From: Eledone cirrhosa
Lineage: Eukaryota
Reading direction: 5' to 3'
DNA: 64,000 nt
NCBI GenBank assembly: GCA_964016885.1
Contig: OZ024747.1
Location: forward strand, 62,868,001 to 62,932,000
Positions 40,395 through 52,167 of this stretch are shown in pieces. Below the pieces are notes generated by a model that had not been told where the DNA came from, ran no database searches, and saw only the letters and a program-made list of their open reading frames with translations. The position numbers were made by a program, and so were the translations under genes. The stretch's first letter is position 1, and every line of letters starts with the position of its first letter.

Positions 40395-40699
40395 TCTATA
40401 TATTCTCAACTCTATATATTACATAATTATTATGTTCTGTGAAAATAATAATTATGTAATATATAGAGTTGAGAATGTTGGTACAATGCAGATAGAAATA
40501 TTGTGATGGAAGTGGAGGGGTTAAAAGAATGATAAAACAATGTTTTTTTTTTACTCTCTATATTTTGTTTTAGTATTTCAAGGTAAATACTTTCTTTTCA
40601 AATGATGAATGGAGAATATGAAGTGCCCAGTTCCCTCAAACTTTTCCTATGTTGTCTGTATGACTGGTCATTGGTGGAAGTGTGACATACGTAGACAAG

Positions 40700-41400
40700 T
40701 TATAACAACCAGTTTGCTCTATGTAGTTCAGATCTATTATTGGTGTTTGTCATATGCCTGTTTATAAGAAGAGCTTTTTTAATTCATAACCTCCTCACAT
40801 TCCTCTCTGTGGCCTCTATGATGGCCTCAATATCTCAGGTGTGGCATTTCTCTAGGTGTTTGTTGACAGAGGAAGCACTCATGGTCATGTGTTCTTTGAT
40901 CCTTATGTGTAGTTTCTGGACAATGTTTCCAGTGTATGAATTATTACAGTTTCTGTAGGCGACTTTATAATCCCTATACAATCTCATATACATTTCCACA
41001 TTATTGATGGGACAGTTAGAAAGTGTGTATATATTATTGGTGCGTGTGGGTCAGGATTTGGAGAGTAGTTTCAAAAAAGGTCTTGAGTTTGCCTGTTGTA
41101 TGTTCAAACCCTCCCTACATATAGCTTGGCAGCAGCAATGGTTCTCTCATTAAAAGGTAGTATCTTTAGATAGTATATGTTATCTCTAGTGGTGTGTATT
41201 TTCCTCAGCAATGTTTTGGTGTCCTGGTGTTTGGTGAGAGAAGTTGGGAAACCATTTTCGGTGAGTACTCTTTGGAAATCTTTTGTGCTGGTGTATCTGT
41301 TTCTACTCTTGCTGCATCTGTTGTATATCTGGAAGTGATCCTCAGCATCCAAGATGTGGGAAGGAGTGAAAGAGTCACAATTAATACTTTCCAAGGTTTC
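40700..41400 (-). pseudogene. Decayed Penelope-like element, RT thumb to GIY-YIG region
   Basis: Minus strand RVLTENGFP (L..NGYP motif), TLSNCPINN, then RNCNNSYTGNIVQKLHIRIKEHM (C..C..YIG.T...L..R..EH motif). Confidence 0.8.
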
Positions 41401-42119
41401 AGAAAAGATGAAGAATTTTGAGAATTTACTAAAATTTTTATTTCATTATTAAAATAGTAATGTAACATATGCATCTTATATAAAATTACTTTGGAAGATT
41501 CTAATTTAAAATGGGTGGTTTGTTTCATAGAAGCAAAGCTGGTTTTAGCCAGATTTGTATCACAAGGGTTAATGCAAAATTTCAAAATAGCTGAAAAAGA
41601 TATTAAATATATCTTCTTCAAAGACATGAATGGTTTGTAAGTGTATTATGATAAAAGAAAAAAACTAAACATGACTTTATATTAAAATATGCAGCATCAT
41701 GGGAACATATTTTGAAATATGTAAATTTGTTTCCATGATCCTGGAGCAGAGTAGCTCAATGAATATATTTCAAAACAACTTGATATTTTTTCATAATAAT
41801 ATAGATATGGTAAGCTATGCAAAAACTATTTTAATGTTTTGTTTTTTAGTTTAGGCTCTGTAGTAGTGACTTTCTCCTGGGCACAGTGCTACCAAGACTA
41901 TTTTAATGTAATGGGTTCTATTCTTTGTAAAATTGCAATGTAACATTTTAGGGAGGCTTGACTGTCCTTTCTAGCAGATCAATAAACTCACCTATCTATC
42001 CACCCACACATCTATCTCTCTATCTTTCTATCTGGCCACCTGTATATCCTTCCATACACGCATCTCTCCATTCAGCTATCCATTTATCCACCCATTCACC
42101 TATTCATCTATCAAACTCA

Positions 42120-44110
42120 TCTATCAAACCATCCATTCACCCAGCTATACAACCATCTAACCATCCACCCAGCTATACAACCATCTAACTATCCAGCCAA
42201 CCACCCAGCTATACAACCATCCAACCATCCACCCAGCTATACAACCATCTAATCATCCACCCAGCTATACAACCATCCAACCATCCACCCAGCTATACAA
42301 CCATCTAATCATCCACCCAGCTATACAACCATCCAACCATCCACCCAGCTATACAACCATCTAATCATCCACCCAGCTATACAACCATCTAATCATCCAC
42401 CCAGCTATACAACCATCTAATCATCCACCCAGCTATACAACCATCTAATCATCCACCCAGCTATACAACCATCCAACCAGCTATACAACCATCCAACCAT
42501 CCACCCAGCTATACAACCATCTAATCATCCACCCAGCTATACAACCATCCAACCAGCTATACAACCATCCAACCATCCACCCAGCTATACAACCATCTAA
42601 CCATCCAGCCAACCACCCAGCTATACAACCATCTAACCATCCACCCAGCTATACAACCATCTAACCATCCAGCCAACCACCCAGCTATACAACCATCCAG
42701 CCATCCACCCAGCTATACAACCATCCAACCATCGACCCAGCTATACAACCATCCAACCATCCACCCAGCTATACAACCATCTAACCATCCAGCCAACCAC
42801 TAAGCTATACAACCATCTAACCATCCACCCAGCTATACAACCATCTAACCATCCAGCCAACCACCCAGCTATACAACCATCTAACCATCCACCCAGCTAT
42901 ACAACCATCTAACCATCCATCCAGCTATACAACCATCTAACCATCCACCCAGCTATACAACCATCTAACCATCCACCCAGCTATACAACCATCTAACCAT
43001 CTATACAACCATCTAACCATCCAGCCAACCACCCAGCTATACAACCATCTAACCATCCATCCAGCTATACAACCATCTAACCATCCACCCAGCTATACAA
43101 CCATCTAACCATCCACCCAGCTATACAACCATCTAACCATCCACCCAGCTATACAACCATCTAACCATCTATACAACCATCTAACCATCCACCCAGCTAT
43201 ACAACCATCTAACCATCCATCCAGCTATACAACCATCTAACCATCCACCCAGCTATACAACCATCCAGCCATCCACCCAGCTATACAACCATCCAGCCAT
43301 CCACCCAGCTATACAACCATCCAACCATCGACCCAGCTATACAACCATCTAACCATCGACCCAGCTATACAACCATCTAACCATCCACCCAGCTATACAA
43401 CCATCTAACCATCCAGCCAACCACCCAGCTATACAACCATCTAACCATCTAGCCATCCACCCAGCTATACAACCATCTAACCATCGACCCAGCTATACAA
43501 CCATCCAACCATCGACCCAGCTATACAACCATCCAACCATCGACCCAGCTATACAACCATCTAATCATCCACCCAGCTATATAACCATCTAACCATCCAG
43601 CCAACCACCCAGCTATACAACCATCTAACCATCCAGCCATCCACCCAGCTATACAACCATCTAACCATCCAGCCAACCACCCAGCTATACAACCATCTAA
43701 CCATCCATCCAGCTATACAACCATCTAACCATCCACCCAGCTATACAACCATCTAATCATCCACCCAGCTATACAACCATCCAACCATCCACCCAGCTAT
43801 ACAACCATCTAATCATCCACCCAGCTATACAACCATCTAATCATCCACCCAGCTATACAACCATCTAATCATCCACCCAGCTATACAACCATCTAATCAT
43901 CCACCCAGCTATACAACCATCCAACCAGCTATACAACCATCCAACCATCCACCCAGCTATACAACCATCTAATCATCCACCCAGCTATACAACCATCCAA
44001 CCAGCTATACAACCATCCAACCATCCACCCAGCTATACAACCATCTAACCATCAATCCAACCATCCTTCCACGCAGCTATACAACCACCCACCCATCAAT
44101 CCAACCATCA
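42120..44110. repeat. ~2-kb satellite, 28-bp unit ccatccacccagctatacaaccatctaa with 20- and 36-bp variants
   Basis: Direct reading; units are built from 4-mers and grade into CCAT-type microsatellite at both edges. Confidence 0.97.
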
Positions 44111-45920
44111 ACCCATTTAACCATCTACCCATCAATCCAACTATCTATTCATATTTGTTTCTCATACACAGATTAAATGCAGTTAAACAATATTTTGTGT
44201 TAGATTTTACTTAAAGCAAAATAAACAATTGAGATGACGGTAAAAATCAATAAAGCACCAAATAATATTTATTGATGTGCATCAGATCAATTTCTTTCAC
44301 GTTTAGAATAGCAACATTAACATTCTCTTTTTGTCTTGCTATATTACCTATAATTATGAAATATTTAAGTTATTAACATATTAAATAACAAAACATGGAT
44401 CACGATTTTCTTGTGTCATTTTTACTTCAAAAGATTTAAATGATTATGAAATGCTTCTCATAAATTTTAATCTCTTCTAACTAAATATTTAAGCTTCTAA
44501 TATTTCAAAATTAAATATTTTTATATTTATTAGATTTTTTTGTCCTATGTTAACTCAGAAATATTTGTATTTTTAGTGTGAGTATTTTATTTTGCAAATC
44601 ATTTAAAATACCATATAAAATTTAAAACAAAATACAGATGAATATAGCCAAAAATTATTTGAATATTGTTTTGTTGCTGTTGCTGTTGTTAGAAATGTTT
44701 AGTCAGAGGGAGTGGCAGTGCTCATGATGCTTTTCAGGGCTTCTGAAACTAATAGGAAGGAGTGAGGGAGGAAGGTATCCTCAAGCTAGAGATCAGGTCT
44801 GAATGCTTGCTACAGAATGAACCTCACTCAAGTCATCCAAGGCTCAGTTGGTGATGTTTAACTGCAACCAAATTAAGCTTAAAACTGAAGTAAATCACCA
44901 TAGAATTTGAAGTCAAAACCCAATGAGCCAGAACAAATACCATGAAGCATTTTGTCCTCCACACTAATAACTTTACCATCAATCAGAGTTGTGAAGGAGT
45001 GGAAATTCTATAGAGCTTGACTAAATAGCTCTCCAATATTTGATAATATTTGTCTGTTTATGTTTTGGGTTCAAATCCCATTGGGATCTTATTTTGCTAT
45101 TCATCCTTCCACTGTTAATAAAGTAGCCTGCAGTAATGTAATTGAGATTCATTTAATCAATGTTATCTCTTCTCGGTATATTTCTAGTGTACCACTGCAA
45201 GGGAAAATCAATATTAACTCCATATCTCAATATTTTGACAGTTGTAAATAGAATCAAAATTACAGTGAGAAGATTTAAAAAGAAAAAAGAAATCTTTATT
45301 GAAAATAAATTGAAAATCTGAAAAAAAAAGAAAATTGAATGTCTAGTTGTAATTTTTTAGTTAAACATGGGGGGAAAATTAAAATAGATTAAAATAAAAG
45401 CCTCTAGGTTTTTTTAACAAATCACTATACATTAATTAATGTTAACCCATTCCACCTGCCCCACTTGTACCAATGGTAACTGATGATGGTGGTGGTGATG
45501 ATGATTAATAAAATGAATGAATAAATATTATTTTATTCTTTCACTAGTTACTGTCAGTTGTATGCAGTCATGGTGGGGCATGCCCATCACAGTATTTAGT
45601 TGATTATATTGAACCATAGTAGTTGGTTTCTTTTAAATCTTGCATTTTATTGATATCTACAGGAGATAATCAAACACACACACACACATACATATATAGT
45701 GTAGGTGATTCAGTGAATTACTGGTGTTGGTACCAAAATTATATTTTTTTGTCACATCATCAGTCTAAGAGACCGATAGTGGAGTCGGGTCTTGTGGGTG
45801 ACCTTGTGGGTGACCTTGAGCCAAGCCTCTGTGAAACGCTTTCAACAGGTCAATACACAATAAATATCAGATACATGAAAACGAAACTTCCTTGTTTTTT
45901 CTTATTTATTTATTTATATC

Positions 45921-46122
45921 TAGGTGCCACGGTAAAAAGCACACAGTACTCACTGTAAATGAGGTTGATGTTAGGAAGGGCATCCAGCTGTAGAAATCAA
46001 ACCAAAATCAGTGGTGTATGAGCAAGACATAGTTACGTGACCTGGCATTGTCCAGAAAAGGACAACCCATCTAACCCATGATGGCGTGGAAGAATGGACG
46101 TAAAACAGTGATGATGATGATG
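45921..46122 (+). mobile_element. 3' half of a family A-related SINE with an alternative RTE-type tail
   Basis: ggtgccacggtaaaaagcac..ttaggaagggcatccagctgtagaaatcaa, then ctaacccatgatggcgtggaagaatggacgtaaaacagtgatgatg. Confidence 0.75.
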
Positions 46123-46169
46123 TATGTGTGTGTGTATATATATATGTATGTGTGTATATAATATATATA

Positions 46170-46475
46170 TAATAAATAATAAAAAGGACGATTGGTTATG
46201 TCTTCATTATGTTTATCAAGTAGTGATGCGCGTTTTGCTATTGATCAGCTCAAGATTCGATATTTGATTCCAGAGTTGATCTAGATACAGATAGATCCTT
46301 GAGCTGATCATTAGGCAAATGTGCGTCAGTACTCAATAAAAATAACGAAGACATAACCAATCGTCCTTTTTTATTATTTATTATTACTGCACTCTGCTTA
46401 GTACTACACCTATATACTTACTGGAGACTACGCATCAAGTGCTCACTGTGGTGAACCTACAGTAACTGGATGTTA
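46170..46475. mobile_element. Fold-back element with decayed hammerhead-like remnant
   Basis: Arms 46170-46254/46298-46384 plus an ~90-bp one-sided tail, between microsatellites; arm consensus ..ttga gct..agc aaaac gcgc gtc. Confidence 0.65.
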
Positions 46476-46494
46476 CAATCTCTCTCTCTCTCTC

Positions 46495-46595
<101 letters not shown>

Positions 46596-47657
46596 TTGCA
46601 CACATTTCACATCTCTCAAATTTCAATCAGAAGGCATTGGGCACCACATGGCTTTAGCATAAGTAGAAGACGTCCAAAATACCATATACTGAGTCAGAAC
46701 TCAAAACCATGTGGTTGGAAAGTAAACTCCTGAATGACACAGCTATTCCTGCACCTATAAATAAATATATGCATAGATAAATAAACAAAATTATTTATTT
46801 TTCTCAAAGTTATTTGCTTTGATAGAAATATAATTTATTAAACATTTCAGCCTTGGAAAATTTTCTCTGAAAAAGTCCATAAATAAGAAAAAAAATATTT
46901 TCTCTAGAATATTTGTGGAACAGTTGAATTATTAAATTTTAAGTGTGTTTCCCAAGTAAATATTTCCCTTCAGAGCTTTTGGCTTATTTTTAGCAGATAA
47001 GGAAGAAGATTCTTGAAGCATATTCCATCTATTTAAAATCTCTTAACTCTTATCACTGCAACCTTAAGCAATATTATCTCCTTTGTGCCACTTAATGGTA
47101 AGTAAAGATAGCAAGTACCCTTAGAGGTAATCTAAAATTTAACACCACCACCACCACAACAGGTTATGCTATCAACCATGAGGGGTTTGATATAAAACTA
47201 CTCTGAACAGGGATATGCATTAGAAATAATGAATACTTTAATATCCAAAGAGAATCAAAAAAAAAAAATCTTTGAAATAAAATCTATGTCAAAGTATGTC
47301 ACTAAGAAATATCTTTATAAAGCTATATATATGCAGTAATAAGACACATATGAACCCCAACAGAATACATCATAGTGTGGTTTAGCAAGGTGTTTTTAAC
47401 AGAAGCCAAATAAATTAAGCCCTACTTGGATAACAGGTTGTCTATTCAATTTTTATTATCCGACTCTAGTTATTTGGCATCAATATTTCGCTGACTTGTT
47501 AATTTTTCTCCCCAAACTCCTATCTATATATATGTATATGTATATTTAATATAATTTTAACCAAACATTGGGATATATCAATTCCAAACATTGGGATATA
47601 TCAATTGAGGAACTAACAAATGTTTATTGAGCTTTTTACTGTGAAACATTATCTATC

Positions 47658-47842
47658 GGTGGATTGGCAGTATTGGTAGAGGGTCGGACGCCATGCTTTC
47701 CAGCATAGTTACGTCCCTTTATGGTCTGAGTTCAAATCCCGCCGAGGTTTACTTTGCCTTTCATCCTTACGGAGTCGATAAAATAAAGTACCAGTAATGC
47801 ACTGGGTAATTGCTGGCCTTGTGCCTAAAGTAGAAACAATTA
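47658..47842 (+). mobile_element. Family B SINE, full length
   Basis: TSD attatctat (47648-47656 / 47839-47847); B box gagttcaaatcc. Confidence 0.9.
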
Positions 47843-48006
47843 TCTATGCATATTTTATATGTATTGATTAAACCTAAAACTATATATAAATGAAAAGATT
47901 CAGGACCCTGATAGCTGAGTTCCAGCCGTTTCAACAGCTAGATCCGAACTCTAGTCCACCTATGGTTCACCTAGTATTTTACTACACCCTTTCTGATATA
48001 TATATA

Positions 48007-51000
48007 TCATCATCATCATCATCATCATTTTACGTCCGCTTTTCCCTGCTTGCAAGGGTGGGACGGGTCTTATTCAGCACAGCATCTCTCCACTCGTCAC
48101 GGTCCCTCGTCATCTCCACCGTGAGCTTCAATGATCTGAGGTCTGTTCTCACCACCTCCGCCCATGTTTTTCGTGGTCTACCTCTACCACGTCTTCCTTC
48201 AACTGGCATTTCCTGGCACTTCTTCACCCATCGGTCATCCTCCATGCGCATCACATGTCCATACCACCTCAGTCTCCTCTCCCGTACACTACATTCTATC
48301 CCTCTCAGACACAGTTTCTCTCTCAACACATTTATGCTGGGTCGTTCACGCACATTTACACTGCACATCCAACGGAGCATGCTTGCCTCATTTCTCTCCA
48401 GCCGTCGCATATCTTCTGCGGTAGCTGCCCATGTCTCACTACCATGCAGCATCGCGCTCCTCACACAGGCATCATACAACCGGCCTTTCGTACGCAGGGA
48501 GAAACCCTTCTTCGTCAACAGAGGAAGCAGCTCCCTAAACTTCTTCCAACCCGTCCTTATTCTAGATACTATGGCCTCGGAACACCCTCCTCCCATGCTA
48601 ATCTGATCTCCTAGGTACCGGAAGCTATCCACCACTTCTATAGCGCCCTCTCGCATTTGAAAAATGTGTCTATCAGTGCGACTTCTACTGTCTAATTTCC
48701 CTGTACATCTACTGCATACATATTTCTCCCTACCTGTTAGTTTGCCTGCTATCCCGCTACATCTCTTGTGTACCCAGGACCTACATTGTGTGCATTTTAT
48801 AGAATTTATGCCAGTTCCTTTTCTGCATATCGAACATGGCCATTTCCCTGACGGAATCAGGGTTTTGTCCTCTTTTCTACTCATCAACACTTTTGTCTTA
48901 GCTAGATTTACTCTCAGTCCTCTTGCTTCCAACTGCTGTTTCCATAGCCGGAATTTATTCTCTAGCTCCTCTACTGATTCTGCCATAAGAGCCAGATCGT
49001 CAGCATAGAGAAGTTCCCATGGACAGCCAGTCTTAAACTCCTCTGTTATGGCTTGGAGGACTATAATGAACAAGAGCGGGCTGAGGACCGAACCCTGATG
49101 TACTCCTACTTGTATCTGGAATTCCTCACTAAACTCCATTCCTACCCTGACTTTACTGAGAGTACCTCTGTACAAAGTTTGCACTGTCCTTACAAGCCAT
49201 TCCTCAACACCCAGCTTCCTTAGGGACCACCAGATGACAGATCGGGGTACCCTATCAAAGGCCTTCTCTAGGTCAACAAAGGCTAAGTATAGTGGCTTAT
49301 TCTTCTCTAAGAACCTCTCTTGCATTTGTCTCACCAAGAAGAGGGCATCTGTTGTACTCTTCCCAGGCACAAAACCAAACTGCATCTCATCTAGTTTGAC
49401 CCTTTCTCTAATTAGTTGTGCTAAAATCCTTTCTGCCACTTTCATAACCTGATCTATCAGTTTTATACCCCTATAATTGCTCCTCTCCAAAGCATCCCCT
49501 TTACCTTTGTAGCAATTTATGAGAATACTGCTGCACCAGTCTTTGGGTATGACACCACCATATATAGCCTGATTGATTATGCGTGCAACCAGTTTAGTGC
49601 CTACGTCCCCTGATGCCTTCAGCATCTCAGCAACTATTCCCGATGGTCCGGCCGCCTTACCATTTTTCATTTCCCTAATCGCCTCTTGGACCCTATATTC
49701 GTCAATCTCAATAGCTGGTCCCTCTGTCGGATCTACCAAGGGTAATTTCTCTCTCTCCCATTCGTTCTCCACATTCATCAGTCTCTCATAATGACATTTC
49801 CAGGCCTCCTTTTTCTGGTCATTCGTGACATTAAGTACACCGGCATCATCCCGGACACATTTATCACCAACAACATCCTGATTTGCATTGGCACACTGCC
49901 TTGCAATGTGGAACACCGCACGCCTCTGATCTTCTCGTCGCAGAACATTGGCAAACCTCCTACTCTCTGCCTCCCTGCGTGCTAAGTACACCTGACGTCT
50001 AGCTTCTCTCTTAGTGGCTGTATATTCTTCCCTACTCCCACCCTTATTCCAAGCCTTCCATGCTAGTCTTTTGTCTCTAATAGCCTTATCTACACTGCTG
50101 TTCCACCACCAGGTCACTCTCTGTCTGGGTGGAGCTCTGCTCCAGCCACAGGTTTCATCAGTAGCCTTCAGCAAGTTGTCACGTAAGAACTTCCAGTTAT
50201 TATCTATGTCATACGTCTCTAAATCGTCTTCTTTTTCGTCATATACATCTTGAAGGGCTTTCCTAAATTTGAATTTTAGTGAAAGGTCTTTTAGCTTCCA
50301 GACCTTTCTTCTCCACACCTTCCTATATGTCTCATTCCATCTCTTGCTTACTGAGATATCACTAACAACTAACCTATGCTGTGGGGTACATTCTTCCCCA
50401 GGGTATGCCTTGGTATTAGACACTATCTGCCTGTCCCGCTGCCTAACTAGCAGGAAGTCAATCTGGCTTATGTGCTCACCAGATTTGTAGGTTATTAGGT
50501 GATTGGCAGGTTTCTGGAAGTTTGTGTTGCAAATAGTCAATGTACTTGCATCACAAAATTCAAGAAGTCTCACTCCTTCTTCATTTCTTGAACCGTAACC
50601 GTGCCCACCATGTACCCCAGTGTAACCATCCTGGAGCTGTCCAACATGACCATTGAAGTCTCCTGCTAGCATAACGATGTCTCCGTCCTCTGTCATTGTG
50701 GTTGTTTGCAAAAGTTGCTCATAAAAGCAGTCTTTCTCATCTTTGCCTAGGCCTGCTTGGGGAGCATAGACCGAGATGATTGTCAGTAGTCTCCTACCTA
50801 CAACTAATCTAAGCTTAATTATTCGATTACTAACTCGAACAACCTCTATTGTCTTATTGATCCATTTCTCAGCCAGGAAAATGCCTACTCCCCCTAACCC
50901 ATCATCCTTACCTACCCAGAATAGCTTATAGCTAAGACGCTTGCCTACGACTAGTCTCGCAGAGGCACCCCTCCATCTCACCTCTTGCACGCAGCACACA

Positions 51001-51287
51001 TCCACCTGCCTTCTCTCCAGCATCTCCGCTATTTCAGCAGATCTACCTCTGAGAGTGCCAACATTAAGTGTTGCAACTCTGAGATGCGACGTCTTCATAT
51101 TTTTCTATGCTGTTTTGTTGCTGTGCTGATAAGCTTTTTGGCATTGATACACTGGTTGGATGCCCTTCCTAACACCAGCGCCACTTTACAGCATGGACTG
51201 GGTGCTTTTATTTGTGCCACCAACACTAGAGAGGATGTCTTACTAGACTCAAGGGCCCTCTCTACCCCTCCATTTTACAGCATGGTC

Positions 51288-51290
<3 letters not shown>
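48007..51290 (-). mobile_element. RTE-clade LINE, probably near full length
   Basis: Single long ORF, (ATG)n 3' tail at 48007-48028 abutting (TA)n, ~190-bp putative 5' UTR; 5' boundary uncertain and no TSD recognised. Confidence 0.9.
48030..51098 (-). CDS. APE endonuclease + reverse transcriptase polyprotein of an RTE LINE (1022 aa, uninterrupted)
   Basis: APE motifs ATLNVGTL, CVQEVRW, SVYAPQ, GDFNGHVG, QIDF; RT motifs KAAGPSG, DLEKAFDRV, QGSVLSPLLF, LYADDL, FRYLG; RTE C-terminus RLRWYGHV..GRRGRGRPRKTW. Confidence 0.97.
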   Translation of the reverse strand: MKTSHLRVATLNVGTLRGRSAEIAEMLERRQVDVCCVQEVRWRGASARLVVGKRLSYKLFWVGKDDGLGGVGIFLAEKWINKTIEVVRVSNRIIKLRLVVGRRLLTIISVYAPQAGLGKDEKDCFYEQLLQTTTMTEDGDIVMLAGDFNGHVGQLQDGYTGVHGGHGYGSRNEEGVRLLEFCDASTLTICNTNFQKPANHLITYKSGEHISQIDFLLVRQRDRQIVSNTKAYPGEECTPQHRLVVSDISVSKRWNETYRKVWRRKVWKLKDLSLKFKFRKALQDVYDEKEDDLETYDIDNNWKFLRDNLLKATDETCGWSRAPPRQRVTWWWNSSVDKAIRDKRLAWKAWNKGGSREEYTATKREARRQVYLARREAESRRFANVLRREDQRRAVFHIARQCANANQDVVGDKCVRDDAGVLNVTNDQKKEAWKCHYERLMNVENEWEREKLPLVDPTEGPAIEIDEYRVQEAIREMKNGKAAGPSGIVAEMLKASGDVGTKLVARIINQAIYGGVIPKDWCSSILINCYKGKGDALERSNYRGIKLIDQVMKVAERILAQLIRERVKLDEMQFGFVPGKSTTDALFLVRQMQERFLEKNKPLYLAFVDLEKAFDRVPRSVIWWSLRKLGVEEWLVRTVQTLYRGTLSKVRVGMEFSEEFQIQVGVHQGSVLSPLLFIIVLQAITEEFKTGCPWELLYADDLALMAESVEELENKFRLWKQQLEARGLRVNLAKTKVLMSRKEDKTLIPSGKWPCSICRKGTGINSIKCTQCRSWVHKRCSGIAGKLTGREKYVCSRCTGKLDSRSRTDRHIFQMREGAIEVVDSFRYLGDQISMGGGCSEAIVSRIRTGWKKFRELLPLLTKKGFSLRTKGRLYDACVRSAMLHGSETWAATAEDMRRLERNEASMLRWMCSVNVRERPSINVLREKLCLRGIECSVRERRLRWYGHVMRMEDDRWVKKCQEMPVEGRRGRGRPRKTWAEVVRTDLRSLKLTVEMTRDRDEWRDAVLNKTRPTLASREKRT

Positions 51291-51321
<31 letters not shown>

Positions 51322-52167
51322 TATTGACACGACTCACACACTAATACTCATGCATACAAACCACAACCACACATACCAACACTCATTCATGCATACAATC
51401 ACGCACACCACTCACAAACATATATATATATATACATATATTACCGACAGTACTGATACAAAATCAAAGTCAAAATCACTATCATGTCAACTGTTGACCT
51501 TTCCCAGTCCAGTTCGGCTTGTATATAATAACAATAACAATAATAATTGTTTGTTTACGCTGGTAATGGCGGTGGTGGATGGTGTCAGTGTGGTGGTGGT
51601 GGATGGTGTCAGTGTGGTGGTGGTGGTGGTATCAGCGTGGTGGTGGTGGATGGTCAGTGATGGTGGTGGCAGTTGTTGGTGCTGTAGTTGTTGTCCTTCA
51701 TTTCACTGCTGCTGTTGCTGCAGACAATGGTGTTGATGCTGTTATTGCTGTCGCATATATACAAATACATACACACACATTCAACACAGACGATGGTGTT
51801 GTTGCTGTTGTTGTTGGTGTTGCTGCTGTTGTTGTTGCTGTGTTGAAATCTGGTCGCATCCACTGAGATATACATATACACACACATACACATATGTATA
51901 TACACATACATACATCAAAAGAGAGTCAGCAGTATGTCAACAGGGGACAGGACAGCGATCTTAGAGTAATGTGGTGATGGTGGGGAGCGAGTGTAGGCGT
52001 TATTGTTATTGTGGTGACGGGGGGATCAGTGAGATGTTACAAGTTCATAGATCACTTCTCTCTTTTCCTCTCTCTTCAAAATTTTGAATTTATGGCCTTT
52101 TGCAATGGCGGACAAGTATATATAATATATATATATGAAGCAAAGAAAAGAAAATTTTCACTGATAT

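Noticed and set aside
47890-50490. Plus-strand ORFs up to 238 aa
   Set aside because: Antisense shadows of the RTE ORF
51291-51319. Poly(A) run as the RTE tail
   Set aside because: It lies at the RTE 5' side on the opposite strand; the true tail is (ATG)n at 48007-48028
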